DNA of 50,960 bases, counting the filler, from Catajapyx aquilonaris (taxonomy: Eukaryota): assembly GCA_000934665.2 (NCBI GenBank). It is 3 parts of 3 records of this genome, joined end to end, with 100 filler letters (N's around TTAATTAATTAA, not from the genome) between each part and the next. Parts side by side here need not be neighbours in the genome. Positions count along the whole stretch, not along the records: positions 1 to 16,798 come from JYFJ02007099.1; positions 16,899 to 33,699 come from JYFJ02007100.1; 1 more part is not named here. One strand, 5' to 3'. Numbering within the stretch: the stretch's first letter is position 1; every line of letters begins with the position of its first letter. Of the stretch, positions 15,287 through 27,367 are shown in pieces. The notes beneath the pieces were generated by a model. It did no database searches. It saw only the letters and a program-made list of their open reading frames with translations, and was not told where the DNA came from. Both the position numbers and the translations under genes were made by a program.

Positions 15287-15439
15287 ATGGCGGTCCTTCA
15301 GTACGCCATGGGTCTGTTCGTGTGGATCTTCCTTCCTCCCGTGGTGGTCCTCCTCAGCGTCAACACAACTCTGGCCGCCCTTGGAATGTCGCTCGGATTC
15401 AGGAAGAGATACGTCCAGTTCCTCCTATGGCTATTCGAG
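15287..15439 (+). CDS. GPAT4: First coding exon of glycerol-3-phosphate acyltransferase 3/4 (partial)
   Basis: MAVLQYAMGLFVWIFLPPVVVLLSVNTTLAALGMSLGFRKRYVQFLLWLFE then GAG|GTTCGT donor. A hydrophobic segment followed by GxSLGxRxxYxxxLLxxFE is typical of GPAT3/4 N-termini. No later exon seen before the 16799 contig break. Confidence 0.72.
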
Positions 15440-16798
15440 GTTCGTACACACTCGTCTTCAAGGACATATCTCAAGATGAGGCGCGCACTTATTTTCAGGC
15501 GTAATTGGCGCTTCTAATTACATCAATCTGTGACAGGCTCTTGTGGAAAATAAAAAAGGGGGTGTAAATAACCGATGGAATTATATCGCTGGGCTTGCAT
15601 GAATTCCAATTTAGTGGATATGGAAAAATACCAGGATTTGGAACGTACCTGGTTGGCATGAAAATAGTAGGACATGTCGCCTGTGATTTTGGCACGGCTG
15701 CTTGCTAAGGTGCATTTGCTGAAGTTGTTGAGAGAAAAGCCGTTTCAGTTGCATAATATACGGATGTAGGTAGAAACTTTGTGACGGGCAAGATGCGGTG
15801 CAGGCAATGTTCCAACTTGGCGATGGAAACAGCTGGAACTAATTCGTCTGTTAGCAGTCGGGACTAATTTTTGACTGGCAGTTAAAGCATGCTGCCCCGC
15901 TCTTGATTAAAGGGTTTGAAGAGGACGTGTCTATAAAAGACTGTAGTTGCAATAGCTTGTAGCTTAATCTTATCATTTGCAATCAGCTATTTTACTACTT
16001 TGTTGAGATAGCAAGGGGGGAAAAAAAGCCTATGGGTGGAATTCCACTGCTAACTGTGCAGTACCAGTGTTGGCCATGGTACTTCTAAGTTAGCAGTAAC
16101 TAGCAGCGGGACGAATGTTCTGCAATTAATGGGAAAGTTTCCTACTTACTTAACCGTTAAAAAAACAATTACATTTTTCATGGATAATATGAAACAAAGC
16201 AGCATTGAAACCATCTGTGGAACTGTTCTGTTGGTGATGTGTTGTACAATGAAAGGTGGTAATGTCAGTCCAGATCCCTGTGTAGACCAGCATGTGATTA
16301 GTGTGTGTGGAATAAACACACATGTGGGATGTGCATGCAGGTGATGAAGCGGTTAGCATGACATTTGTGAGGCTGCTTTCCGCCAATATCTCATGAGGAG
16401 AAATCCCCCCAGTGGGATTAGAAAGCCCAGAAAGAGTTTCCTGTTATTCGCACTTCCTTTTTCCACAGGGTGAATCAACCAGCATGTGTTTGTGTTCAAT
16501 TACTTTGGAGGGTCGGCACTTGATAGGGACGGGGCCCCCCTTTTCCAAATTGGCCATTTGGCTTCTGGCACGTACTCCCGACCCAGTTGGCAAGTCAAAC
16601 AACTCTGGCTGGAGGTCACAATGGGCATTATTGTTTGTTTTTTTTCATTGCCAGGGAAAATCGAACAGCTGTTTTTAGATAACAATTGGAGGGAGCTGTA
16701 CATTTTTATTTTACAGCCCCGTGATTCGAGCCATCGGCTCGTGTGGGGGGACATCCACTCACAACCCATTTACACTTCAATAATCACAGAAATTTAGT

Positions 16799-16898
16799 NN
16801 NNNNNNNNNNNNNNNNNNNNNNNNNNNNNNNNNNNNNNNNNNTTAATTAATTAANNNNNNNNNNNNNNNNNNNNNNNNNNNNNNNNNNNNNNNNNNNN
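16799..16898. other. Assembly spacer: 44 N + TTAATTAATTAA + 44 N
   Basis: Exactly 100 nt with a central six-frame stop linker; the same structure occurs at 33700-33799. Confidence 0.95.
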
Positions 16899-18650
16899 CA
16901 GAAGGCATCTCTTAGCAACGACTTGCTTATAAACAAGCAGCTTGCGCGATTTTTTCAATAACTACTGGTGCCATAGAGTTGGATCACCCTGTATAATATA
17001 TAATATATTTAGTAAGGATAAAGGATAAATATAATCCTTGAATTAATTAATTTGTTCATCGATTTACCGAGTAGCTTGAATATTATTTTAATGGTCCGCA
17101 GATTGGCTTATTAGCGTTAGGATGGCTGATGGACAAAGGCGCTTTGATCATCACCATGCTACAAACCTAATTATTGTGTAAAATGCGAAAGTAAGATCTC
17201 TGGGTTACATTTATCCATAAGGTTGAAGATCTTACGCAGCCCAGTCTTGTTTCAGTAATTTCTATCCGTTACTTGGATCTTACTTTCCTTTTTTTTGCAA
17301 TTCCGTAGGGAATTAGTTTGTGTGATAATTCATATGCAGGGGAAGGTACCAGCCTCTTCAGTTAATTTGTGTCAGTGTTGAATGGAGTCTGTAAGGTGCC
17401 CAACCTTGGCGAGAAAAACATCTCCTAATTTTACATATTTCACGACTTATGTGTGTACGTTCCCGATGCAAATCCATACGGATGCCTCGACCTATGCCCC
17501 AGGGGATCATTATGGGTAGTTTTTAACAGAAAAGGTTATTAGCAAATTGGATTTGACCTCCGAGGTCATCCTTGGCCTCAGGAGGCGAAAAGGCAGAAAA
17601 CCTAAACCCCGGATGTAACATCTATACGCCACATGCAAAATATATCGATATATCGATACATGACGTCACACTCATCGTATCGATACCGGGTATCCTGCTA
17701 TTCTGTATATTTCTCTCATTTATCAATTCCCGTCCAAAGAAAGGCTCTCCTGCTAGTATATGGTAAATAAAGGGCTCCAGTATATATTGCCCATTTATTG
17801 CGCTTATTATAACTTATTAATTAGGCTAAAGCATGTGCCACATGACATTTAATGGCAGTATGTGCAGCCAAAAATAAAATCAGGTTAAGAACTTGACTAG
17901 AAAAAGAGTGGAGGGAGTAGGTGACAAAGCAAGATTGGCAAATCATGTGAGCGTGATTAGAATATACTTTTTCTCATTCTTTCATGTATGAAACTGTATG
18001 GGTAATTTTTCCCCAAAGAAAGTAGCATTGACGATGAAGTAGTCTAATTCAAGTTCAATCGTTCTAAATTAACAAATTGTTACAAAAGATTACGGTAGAA
18101 CCTCTATTATCCATCACGAGACTGGGGCATTGGCCTCAAACTCTGAAGTAGACTTGTTGCGGATAGCGTGAACCCAGAAAACCGGAAGTGGCGGGTCACC
18201 GGAAGTTGGCCATGACACCTATTTAGGTCACGTTTAATCCGAATCCGAAAACCCTTTGCCGCTATCTGTTGCGGTTGAGGCCCAGATACCTGTCAACAGA
18301 CGGACTGACAGAGCCTTTCTATAATACTTTTTTTCGATGACAATAAAAAGTGTGAAAAGGGAGCAAGCAGATGCACTATTGAGCGTGCCGGATCTGACGT
18401 CACTCATATCTCGAAAATGGCTGCGAAGTGTGTGTTTTTACGTTCACCAGTGAATTTTACGCAGCATGTGATTTACCCACTGAGCGATTTTTGTCCAAAT
18501 CCGTTAGTGACACATCCACGGTCTTCCCTTGTAAGTGTTAATTTCCTACCCGTTGAAACATCAAGTGTTAAATTCTTGTGTTGAAAAGATTGTAGGCTCA
18601 GATCATCTACCTCTGTCAGTTACTATAGTAAATTATTACCAAGGAGTGTA

Positions 18651-18925
18651 GGGAGGCGAAGTGGCGCTGCGGTAACGTATGCGCCCACGGATGTTAAGGT
18701 CCCGGGTTCGATCCCAGCCCGGGGACACCCCCTTCATCTTGTGCAGAGTTCATTGGGTACCTCTGTCCTAGGCCTACCACAAACTTTTCTCAAAAAGAGA
18801 AGAAATGGCCCCAAAAAAATTCGGGCATGAAAGGGTTAAGTAGTGTGTCACTCCAAGCGAATGAACTTTGCTGAGTAATAGAGGCAGCCACTGATAAGGA
18901 GAAAGGTAACTGGTCCCCCCCACCG
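18651..18925 (+). mobile_element. tRNA-derived SINE
   Basis: A-box TGGCGCTGCGG and B-box GGTTCGATCCC. No proper acceptor stem and a non-tRNA body follows. The 3' boundary is approximate. Confidence 0.55.
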
Positions 18926-18927
18926 CA

Positions 18928-19735
18928 TCACTTCGATGTTTGACGTGAGGTTTTGTAGGATTTTTGTGGGCCATCAGGAGAAATGGACAGAGGGCGTTTA
19001 GAGGAATTTGGATTTCCTGTGGCTACTGAGGAGGCAACGGATGCGTAGGTGGGTTTGAACATGCCGCATTTCACCAATGATCCATCAATGAGGTGATACG
19101 GGATATTGTCCACAGTCAGTGTGTCGACACGGAGGAATACCTTATGACCCTTCTGCTTGAAATCCTTCCGCAGGAAAGGCAGCAACTCCTTGCGGGCTTC
19201 CCGTGTCTCCTTGGCAAAGTCTTCACCAATGTGAATTTCCGTTCCCTTCCATTGACAAGCGTTGAGGAGGATGGAATTTTTGTCTTTGTGACGTAGGGAG
19301 AATGCAATAATGGGCCGCCACCCCACCCGAGACTCCAGGCGATGCACGCGCTGGAATTCTACTTGCTTAGGGAAGGGGTCAACCTGTCAATCACCTTGCG
19401 GATTTTCCTCTCGGCGGCGTCCCATAATTCCCCTTGCACATCTGGAATACCATAGAACACCAGATTTTGACGGCCGGTTTGGTTCTCCATCTTGGATGAC
19501 CCTGTCGCTCAAGGTTGTCCCTTTGTCAAGAAGGTACTTGTTTTCCTCCTGCAGACTACTGAGATCAGCACGCTCTTCCACTAACTCCTTCTTGATTGCC
19601 TCCAGACTAGCCTGTCAGGCCATGTTTAAATAAATTGTAAGTACATTTTTCTAGGTCCTGGCCAATTTCTTGGCGGAGATCACTCTTTAATGAGGTTAGT
19701 GCAGTTTTCAGGTCAGCTTCAGTAATTGGTGCCAT
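18928..19735 (-). mobile_element. Degraded LINE ORF1 (coiled-coil plus RRM type)
   Basis: Across frameshifts it reads MENQTGRQNLVFYGIPD...VHRL...RPIIAF...KGTEIHIGEDFAKETREARKELLP, the ORF1p pattern seen in L1/L2/CR1/RTE-X-type elements. Confidence 0.7.
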
Positions 19736-20319
19736 GGTCACAAATCGTCACACTGAGCACTGCCCAATTCACTTACAATGAAACCGGACGGTGAAATGGA
19801 CCAAGTAAAACTCGAGGAGAGAAAAAATATCGCCACGCCAGTCGGGAGTGAGCCAACACACGTCTGCACCAGCTTCATATATTCTTCGTCCGCCAAAAAA
19901 GCCCCCGTCCGTCTCCCCCTTCCCATGCACTCCTCCATGCCCCCACCCCCCACCCTACCCTCTTCCCCACTACCACCCCCACCCCCTTCCCCCTCCCCTA
20001 ACAATCGACATTTCACTAATATTATGTACAAAAAAAAAAAAAACGTCGCCACGGCAGAGGTTGCTCTTAATGAACCAAAGTTGCTACCGGATCAGAGATC
20101 TGCTTATTCGACAATATTGTAGACAATGTCCAGGGTCATCAGAAAGGTGGAGTTTTTTTCCTTGGTGCACCAGGAGGAACTGGTAATTTAGTCATATGTG
20201 ACTAATCTGTTGGGCGAAAAACAACGCCGTCAATCTCATCAACGCACAACTCCTCAACCAACTACCTGGTCCTTCCCACTGTTCTGTGGACACAGTCCCA
20301 GACGAGGCTCAGGTTAAGG

Positions 20320-20400
20320 TGTATTGCAAAGGTCCAAATCCATGAGTCACTCCTATGGAAAAGTATTTCATAACCCGAGCAACGCCGGGTATCCTGCTAG
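20320..20400 (+). mobile_element. Helitron 3' end
   Basis: Hairpin CCCG-AGCAACGC-CGGG followed by CTAG|T at 20397-20401. The same terminus is inverted at 32657-32707. Confidence 0.6.
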
Positions 20401-21295
20401 TGGGGTATAAAAAACAAACAATACTATGTTTTTTCGGGGTAAGCTGATTAAACATGATTTTTTTCTTGTACATTTAAGTCAATTATTTAGTTGCCATACA
20501 CTAAGAATGAAAAATGTTTATGAAGTACTATCATGATTTTTAACACTACTGGCAATAAGTGAGCTCGATTTTGCTGAAGCTAAACTTTTGTGAAAACGTT
20601 GAGTAGCCTACTGTATGTTGGGTATTTTTCAGCATATGTGAAACTTATGCTATCTGTATCACCTGATCCCATTGCGATCCCAAAATGAAACTTGGGGAGG
20701 TGCAAGAGGATAGTACAAAGTAATTTTGAGTATTTCTTCAAAGTTTTAAAAATGCCGTTTTTTGAAATATTAAAATTTAAAAATTTAATTGAGATTAAAT
20801 TTTTTAATAGATATGTTAACCTCTGTCATGTTACATTTGAAAGTAAAGCCCATTGAAAGACCTTTAATATGAGACATTTCCAAGGTTTCCATCTCATCTG
20901 GTTCCTGAGAAAATAATACTTGAGTATTTCAAGACGCAGCAATTTTTAATCAAAATTGGAACATTTAATATTTAATAACTTTTGAATGGCAGGCAAAAAA
21001 AAATATTTCTTTTGGTTTTCATTCATTACTATGTAAGGACACTTGGTACACCAAGTTTCATCAAAATCTGAGGGGTCAAGGCCAATTGGTGTGATGATTG
21101 GACATGGAATGACCCAAATACAGAATCAGAATACCGAAATACTAGAACAAACTCTTACTCGACACTTTCTTCACAAGCTATTACGAGCACACAACCATTT
21201 TTGGGGAGAAGAAACCAACTGAATCGCAAATTTGAAAAGGGGGTACGTCACGATTTTGGAGATTTTGAGTTACTTGGACCATAAGATTCTCCACC

Positions 21296-21572
21296 AACCG
21301 AAGCAGGTTGGCATAGTGGATAAGGCGTCCGACTGCTAATCGGGAGGTCCTGGGTTCGAATCCCGGGGCCGGCAACTCTGACCGTGGTTTTCTGTGGTTT
21401 CCCACGGTCCTTCCAGGAAAATTCCGGAGTTGTTTCCGTAATTTACAGGCCACAGCCGCTTCCTTCCGTCCCTATCCCATCCCAAAAAGTGCAGTAAAAT
21501 GAAAGCAAAGAGTTCCAGGCAAAAGAAAACTTCCCCCCTAAAGAGCCGAAAAAGGCTGATAATGGGGTATGA

Positions 21573-21634
<62 letters not shown>
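21296..21634 (+). mobile_element. Full-length tRNA-derived SINE with (TTA)n tail and 14-bp TSD
   Basis: A-box TGGCATAGTGG, B-box GGTTCGAATCCC, (TTA)n tail at about 21574-21634. TSD TAAGATTCTCCACC at 21282-21295 and 21635-21648. Confidence 0.85.
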
Positions 21635-21637
<3 letters not shown>

Positions 21638-22282
21638 GATTCTCCACCCCAAGGCACATGAAAACATCCAAGAAAGGTGCAAGTCAGCTGAACCTTTGCC
21701 TCAATATGGAGATTTGAAATATTGGAGACTTAGAAGAAGGGGTCAAGTCAGTGACTTCTTTCCTTCTTCTATGCTGATAGGCATGACTATGGTGTCAGGG
21801 GTGCACATGGCAACGGAACAGGCCTACAAGGATGACGTAGTGCCAATTCCAGAAGCAATTGGAATCAACTACAGTACGTCCCTGAAAACCACATAGAGAT
21901 TGCAGTTCTACAACAATATTCTGGCATGGAAAGTAGGTGAAAAGAATTGAGGCTCAGAGGAAAAACCGCACATATCCCAACCGGAGTCCATTTTGAGATA
22001 AACTGCTTTTTGTGTTGCAAGAGAATAGGATTTTCCATTGCAGACCAATTTTACAAGTGGAATATGTGAGCTTTGGAATACCCTAATTCATTTGGGACTT
22101 CAGCACATGAAAGGTAGATGGCAGGAGAGTACAAAAGCACTACAATATCAAAATCGGACGTCGGTTGGGATATGCCGTTTTTCCTCTGAGCGCCTCAATT
22201 ATTAATAACGCAGTGTAATACAGTGAAGTACATAGCAACTATGCTGCAAAAAATAATGTTTCTATTATTATTCTGGTGTATA

Positions 22283-22683
22283 CAGGGTGAAGGAATTCTC
22301 GCGGACATTTCGTAAAACTAATATAAGGATGTGTTTGGTACTGTTGCATAGTTACTGCATATAGGGCCATTAAAGTGTCGAGTGTCAGATGGTAGCATAT
22401 GCGGTAAGCGAAGACAAAGTGCAGAGGTGTTGCACCCGGATTCTTCTGACAGAATTTGATCATTTGCCATGCGTTATGGACCCAAGGCTGGATTATTCAG
22501 AGGCCCTCAAGCTGGATTTTGCTTCTTTGAAACTGGTGGAGCGGACATGACGTCACGAAACTTGGACAGAGCCGTATGCATTAACTACGCAATGGAGCCA
22601 AAAACTAATTGCACATCCCGATATTAGTTCTGCGAGTACTATCAGTCTCCATGGCGATTGCGTGTGAAAATTCTTTCACCCTG
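22283..22683. mobile_element. Mariner-like MITE
   Basis: TA|CAGGGTGAA...TTCACCCTG|TA. A partial second copy lies at about 24558-24695. Confidence 0.7.
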
Positions 22684-22897
22684 TATATTCAGAAAAATTG
22701 TAATGAGTGTGAGACAGTTTTTCTTCTTTTTTCTGTCTGTCTTGTGCCCCAAAGGCCACATAATGCTAAAATTGTGGTTTTGCCAATCATATATTATTAA
22801 TTGGCAAAGCCACAACGGTGTTTGTTGACTCGCAGTGCACAAAAAGTACAGGATTGTTGGCAGATACATAACCCACAATAAGAGTTCAGCCTTCAGC

Positions 22898-23145
22898 GGG
22901 CGACACGGTGGTGTAGTGGTTAGCGCCGCAGCCTTCCACCTCTGAGGTCCCGAGTTCGATCCCTGGGTCGGACGGAGGATATTTATGTGGATAGAGTTAC
23001 GATGGATTCTCTCCATGTTCACATGGGTTTTCTCGGGGTTCTCCCGTTTCCTCCCACAATCAAAATCCATCACAGCGCAGGCAATTATTAATGATGGTGC
23101 ATGAAAAGCATCCCCTAAGAGGCCTATCACGGGGTATCCATTATT
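22898..23145 (+). mobile_element. tRNA-derived SINE with V-domain-like core (copy 1)
   Basis: A/B boxes, then TTCTCTCCATGTTCACATGGGTTTTCTCGGGGTTCTCCCGTTTCCTCCCACAATCAAAA, which resembles the V-SINE core. Inverted paralog at 29480-29736. Confidence 0.8.
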
Positions 23146-23634
23146 ATAAGAGCTCACCTCACAAAGCTTTCAATGAACTAAAATCATCGGGCAATGTGAC
23201 ATACAGTGCCTGGCAGGGCTAAAAGATGGACAGTACCAGTGCAGTCACTCCAATGTCATACAGACTATATCAACACAAAGGGCTTCGGGGCATATAGCTT
23301 GGGACAAGTGTTGTGGTTTACAAAGAAAAAACGAACCTCTAAACCACCTTTAAATAATAGCCCTACTTCCAGTTGGTTTTTTTCTGCCCAAAAATGGTCC
23401 TGATTTACTCCCTATAAGTGTAAAGGAAGTGTTTAGTAAGAATTTACTCTGGTAAAAGACGTACATTTTCTGTATTCATTGGTCAGCTAATCTGCACATT
23501 TACTGTATGCTTACCCCCACGTACCAAGAAGGTACAGTAAAACCTCGATATAATGCTCCTGCATATATTCAGGGTAAAGGGAAACTTGCGGACAATAGCC
23601 AGGTAGACTGATAGTACTACTCGCAAAACTAATA

Positions 23635-24047
23635 CAGTAAAACTTCTATAAGTCGAATCTCCATGGATGGGATTGGGAAAAAACTTCGAGTTATAGAAGA
23701 TTTGAGTTAGAGAAGTTTGAAATTTTTAAAGCACATAACTCTATAAGGAAGACTACCTTTATATCCAGCGACGAAAGGTGTTCAAAACTTAAAAATAATA
23801 TTGTCAGTATCACACTTACAATGTTCCTCATTGTTTTGTTGTGAAAAAATCTCCGTTATGAACATTTGCTTACTCTTAGACTCAAGGATTCAATTGTTAC
23901 AATTGAGTCAAACACTTCTTTCGGTGCGTCTGGTAGACGGAGATGAGGAAATTGAGCCTTTCTGTGCATGTGGCCTACTCTCCACCCTTCGGCTGGGAAA
24001 TGAGACAATTTTCCGTACTCGCCAACATGAACTTGGACTTAGGGAGA
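23635..24047 (-). mobile_element. pogo/Tigger-like MITE, truncated copy
   Basis: Starts TA|CAGTAAAACTTCTATAAGTCGAA. Reverse-oriented homolog of 33815-34397 and 38170-38741. Confidence 0.75.
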
Positions 24048-24105
24048 CGGGCAGGATTATTTGATCACCTACTGTACATGGACAATGTGTTACGTACCCC
24101 AGGAG

Positions 24106-24460
24106 GGGGAGGTGTGGTGGCCGAGATGGTAATGTCTCTGCTTGCTGAGTGAAAGGTCCCAGGTTCGATCCCCGCCTGGGAGTTCCCTTTCACCTGCGTC
24201 GGGAGGGTCTCTGACATGCACCTTGGAGGTGTCAGGAAACTTAACCTCCTGGGGAACTGCACATGGCCCATTTTCCGAAATTGCCCCTGCACCCGTGTCC
24301 CATCCCCGAAAATCCCTATCCTTACCCTACGTCCTTGATTCCTTGCACCAGAGATTGAAGTTAATTCAGAAAAATGGAGCTAAATGATGGTATTCCACCC
24401 CGCTGAAAGGGCCCACTGCCTATGGGGTAAACAGCAGAAAAAAAAAGAAAAAAAGAAAAA
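24106..24460 (+). mobile_element. tRNA-derived SINE (same family as 45023-45374)
   Basis: Head GGGGAGGTGTGGTGGCCGAGATGG...GGTTCGATCCC is near-identical to 45023 onward. Ends GGGGTAAAC plus an A-rich tail. Confidence 0.8.
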
Positions 24461-25068
24461 GAAGGGGGTGGGGGGTGGGGGGGGGGGGAAACCCCAGGCC
24501 AGATTATTTGGAGGCCCTCCAGCTGGCTTTTGCTTCTTAGAAGCTGGTGGAAGGGATGTGACATCACGAAACTTTTACGGCGCCGTACGCATTAACTATG
24601 CAACGGCGCCCAAAACTAATTGCACATATCACTATATTAGTTTTACGAATACTATCAGTCTACCTGGCGATTGTCCGCGAGTTTCCCTTCACCCTGCATA
24701 ACGTATTCCTGCTTTTAACACACTCTTTCTGGTCCCTTTATCATTCACATAAGGCCTAATGGTAAATTTTCCCACATACACTGCTCAATTTCCCAGCTCC
24801 CCAAGGACACTCATCCCACGTATAGCATCAAAAGGCGTATCATGTGTATAGGTACAGGGTTTGAAGTTCACCCTGGCTGGCTGACATTTGGTTGGGCAAG
24901 TGATGCAGCAAGGGCAGGGAGAGACTGCTGAAGAGAACAGCTTGCGGAGTCCTAGCGGATTGTGGCCCGAGACACACATGGCAGGGCGGAAGGAACTTGA
25001 AAGCAGGCTGACAGGATGGGAGAAATGAGCAGTTGATAAGCGATGAGTACGAGGGCATTTTCCCCCAT

Positions 25069-26407
25069 TAGTCCGGACGCTAAGAGCCAATTTTGAGGCG
25101 AACCGTTCACTTTGTGAAGAAAGCATGAAATTTGGCATAGATGTAGAATAAACCTTACTCTTCAAATACAGATGTGGAGCCAAGCGAGATTTTGCCCTGG
25201 AGGCGGGTTGGCTACCCTGAAGTGAGTGAAAAGTCTTTTTATGAGCGAACTATGCTTCCTAGGCGGATATGTGCCAAACAAATGTTGTGGGGAAACATGT
25301 ATCCTACAAAAAGTATATAGTAACTTTTCCACGTACGGTCCGTATTTTCGGAGCTACAGCGACTTGGACCAAATTACGGGACGAAAAAAAAGTCAACCGT
25401 GCATTGGTGAAATTTGGTAAGAATGTCCCTGAGACCATACTCTTCCAATCCAGATATGGCGCCATGGCCGTTTTCGTCCTGGAGGTCCGTAATTGCGGGT
25501 TGGCTACCTTGAAGCGAGTTGAAAGTATTTTCTGAGCGAACTATGCTTCTCGGGAGGAAGGTTGTACAGAAACATGTATTCTACAAAAAGGTATAAGTAC
25601 ATTTTCCACTTAGAGTCCTTATTTTCAGAGCTGCAGCGACTTGAACCCATAGTCATGGAATTAAGGGAATTAAGGTCAACAATGCACTTTGGTGATAAAA
25701 GCATGAAATTTGGTAAGAATGTCCCTGAGACCATACTCTTCCGATCCAGATGTGGAGCCACCCCAGTTTTCGCCCCGGAGGCCCGTAATTGCCGGTTGGC
25801 TACCCTTCAGCGAGTGAAAAGTATTTTTCAAGTCGCTGCAGCTCTGAAAATAAGGACTCTAAGTGGAAAATGTACTTATACCTTTTTGTAGAATACATGG
25901 TTCTGTACAACCTTTGTTTGGCACATTTCCTCCTGAGAAGCATAGTTCGCTCAGAAAATACTTTCAACTCGCTTCAAGGTAGCCAACCCGCAATTACGGG
26001 CCTCCAGGACGAAAACGGCCATGGCGCCATATCTGGATTGGAAGAGTATGGTCTCAGGGACATTCTTATCAAATTTCACCAATGCACGGTTGACTTTTTT
26101 TTCGTCCCGTAATTTGGTCCAAGTCTCTGTAGCTCCGAAAATACGGACCGTACGTGGAAAAGTTACTATATACTTTTTGTAGGATACATGTTTCTGTACA
26201 ACCTTTGTTTGGCACATATCCGCCTAGGAAGCATAGTTCGCTCAGAAAAAGACTTTTCACTCGCTTCAGGGTAGCCAACCTGCCTCCAGGGCAAAATCTC
26301 GCGTGGCTCCACATCTGTATTTGAAGAGTAAGGTTTATTCTACATCTATGCCAAATTTCATGCTTTCTTCACAAAGTGAACGGTTCAAACCCTTACCATC
26401 CGGACTA
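25069..26407. mobile_element. Academ-like foldback non-autonomous element, 1339 bp, 3-bp TSD CAT
   Basis: CAT|TAGTCCGGA...TCCGGACTA|CAT. Inverted arms of about 575 bp are built from 280-300 bp subrepeats (GAAATTTGG at 25127, 25409, 25705). Confidence 0.75.
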
Positions 26408-26631
26408 CATACACTTTGTATGTATGAGGGCCTTTGTGAGATGGTGTAAGGAGGTGGGCCTCGAGTTGTATATCTGAACGTTGCAGGGAGGAGGCTTATG
26501 TGGACTGTACTTGCTCTTACTGGCGTGCCGGAGGCAGGAGGGTAGTAGTCGTGGGGGCAGCGGGCTGTGTCGCTAAGATAGGTCTGTATCCGCAAGGAAG
26601 GAAGGTTAGGCTTGGTTAAGTTAGGTTGGTA

Positions 26632-27367
26632 CAGTGCCGTGCACAATAGCATATAACAAGTGTAAACAACGACTTTGGCGTTACCTGGCAACTGGGCGTG
26701 TTCGGACATCGGCATGTGGAGAGTGCTTAGCGTTCTTTCTGTCGTTGCCACTGTTTACAGGTAGCGATTGATGCTGGGCGACATACAGCGAAGAGTGTGT
26801 GCATGCTTACCAATGCATGGCATCGGAATAAGTGGGCTGAGCGCTGAGGGGATATTATTTCGAGAAGGCGCTTCGTTATTATCACACTATCGTCACTGTC
26901 TTATTCCCACGATGATGGAGTTACGGAATGGCCGTTAGAGACATTGCACTTGCACTTTGCACATCCCCTCCTATACCATACCCTGGAGTAATTAAATAAT
27001 AAGATCTTATATGGCTCCAATTTCCGATGGTGGTAATCCACCCCCCTAAAGGATATGGTAAATCCCAATGGGGTATCATAATAATAATAATCATAATAAT
27101 AATAATAATAATCATAATAATAATCATAATAATAATAATAATAATAATAATATCCCCCTCAGCCCGCTTATTCCGATGCCATGCATTGGTAAGCATGTAC
27201 ACACCCTTCGCTATAGGTCGCCCAGCATCAATCGCTACTTGTAAACAGTGGCAACGACAGAAAGAACGCTAAGCACTCTCCACATGCCGATGTCCGAACA
27301 CGCCCAGTTGCCAAGCAATGCCAAAGTCGTTGTTTACGCTTGTTATATGCTATTGTGCACGGCACTG
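26632..27367. mobile_element. Tc1-like MITE with about 225-bp inverted arms, carrying a retroposon 3' end in its centre
   Basis: TA|CAGTGCCGTGCACAATAGC...GCTATTGTGCACGGCACTG|TA. The central insert ends GGGGTATC-(ATA)n. Confidence 0.8.

Noticed and set aside
16843..16854. Perfect TTAATTAATTAA palindrome (also at 33744-33755)
   Set aside because: It is centred between equal N runs, so it is an artificial scaffolding linker. Gene adjacency across these gaps is unproven.
21300..21372. Possible tRNA-Ser(GCT) gene, and similar heads at 18651, 22898, 24106, 29660-29736, 39900-39970 and 45023
   Set aside because: No proper acceptor stem and no long variable arm for Ser. Each continues into a SINE body, most with tails and several with TSDs.
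21336..21717. Poly-Asn/Ile/Leu ORFs (also 26921-27272 and 32437-32742)
   Set aside because: They are translations of (TTA)n/(ATA)n retroposon tails.
25226..26314. Paired similar ORFs on opposite strands
   Set aside because: They result from the inverted arms of the foldback element and show no protein motifs.
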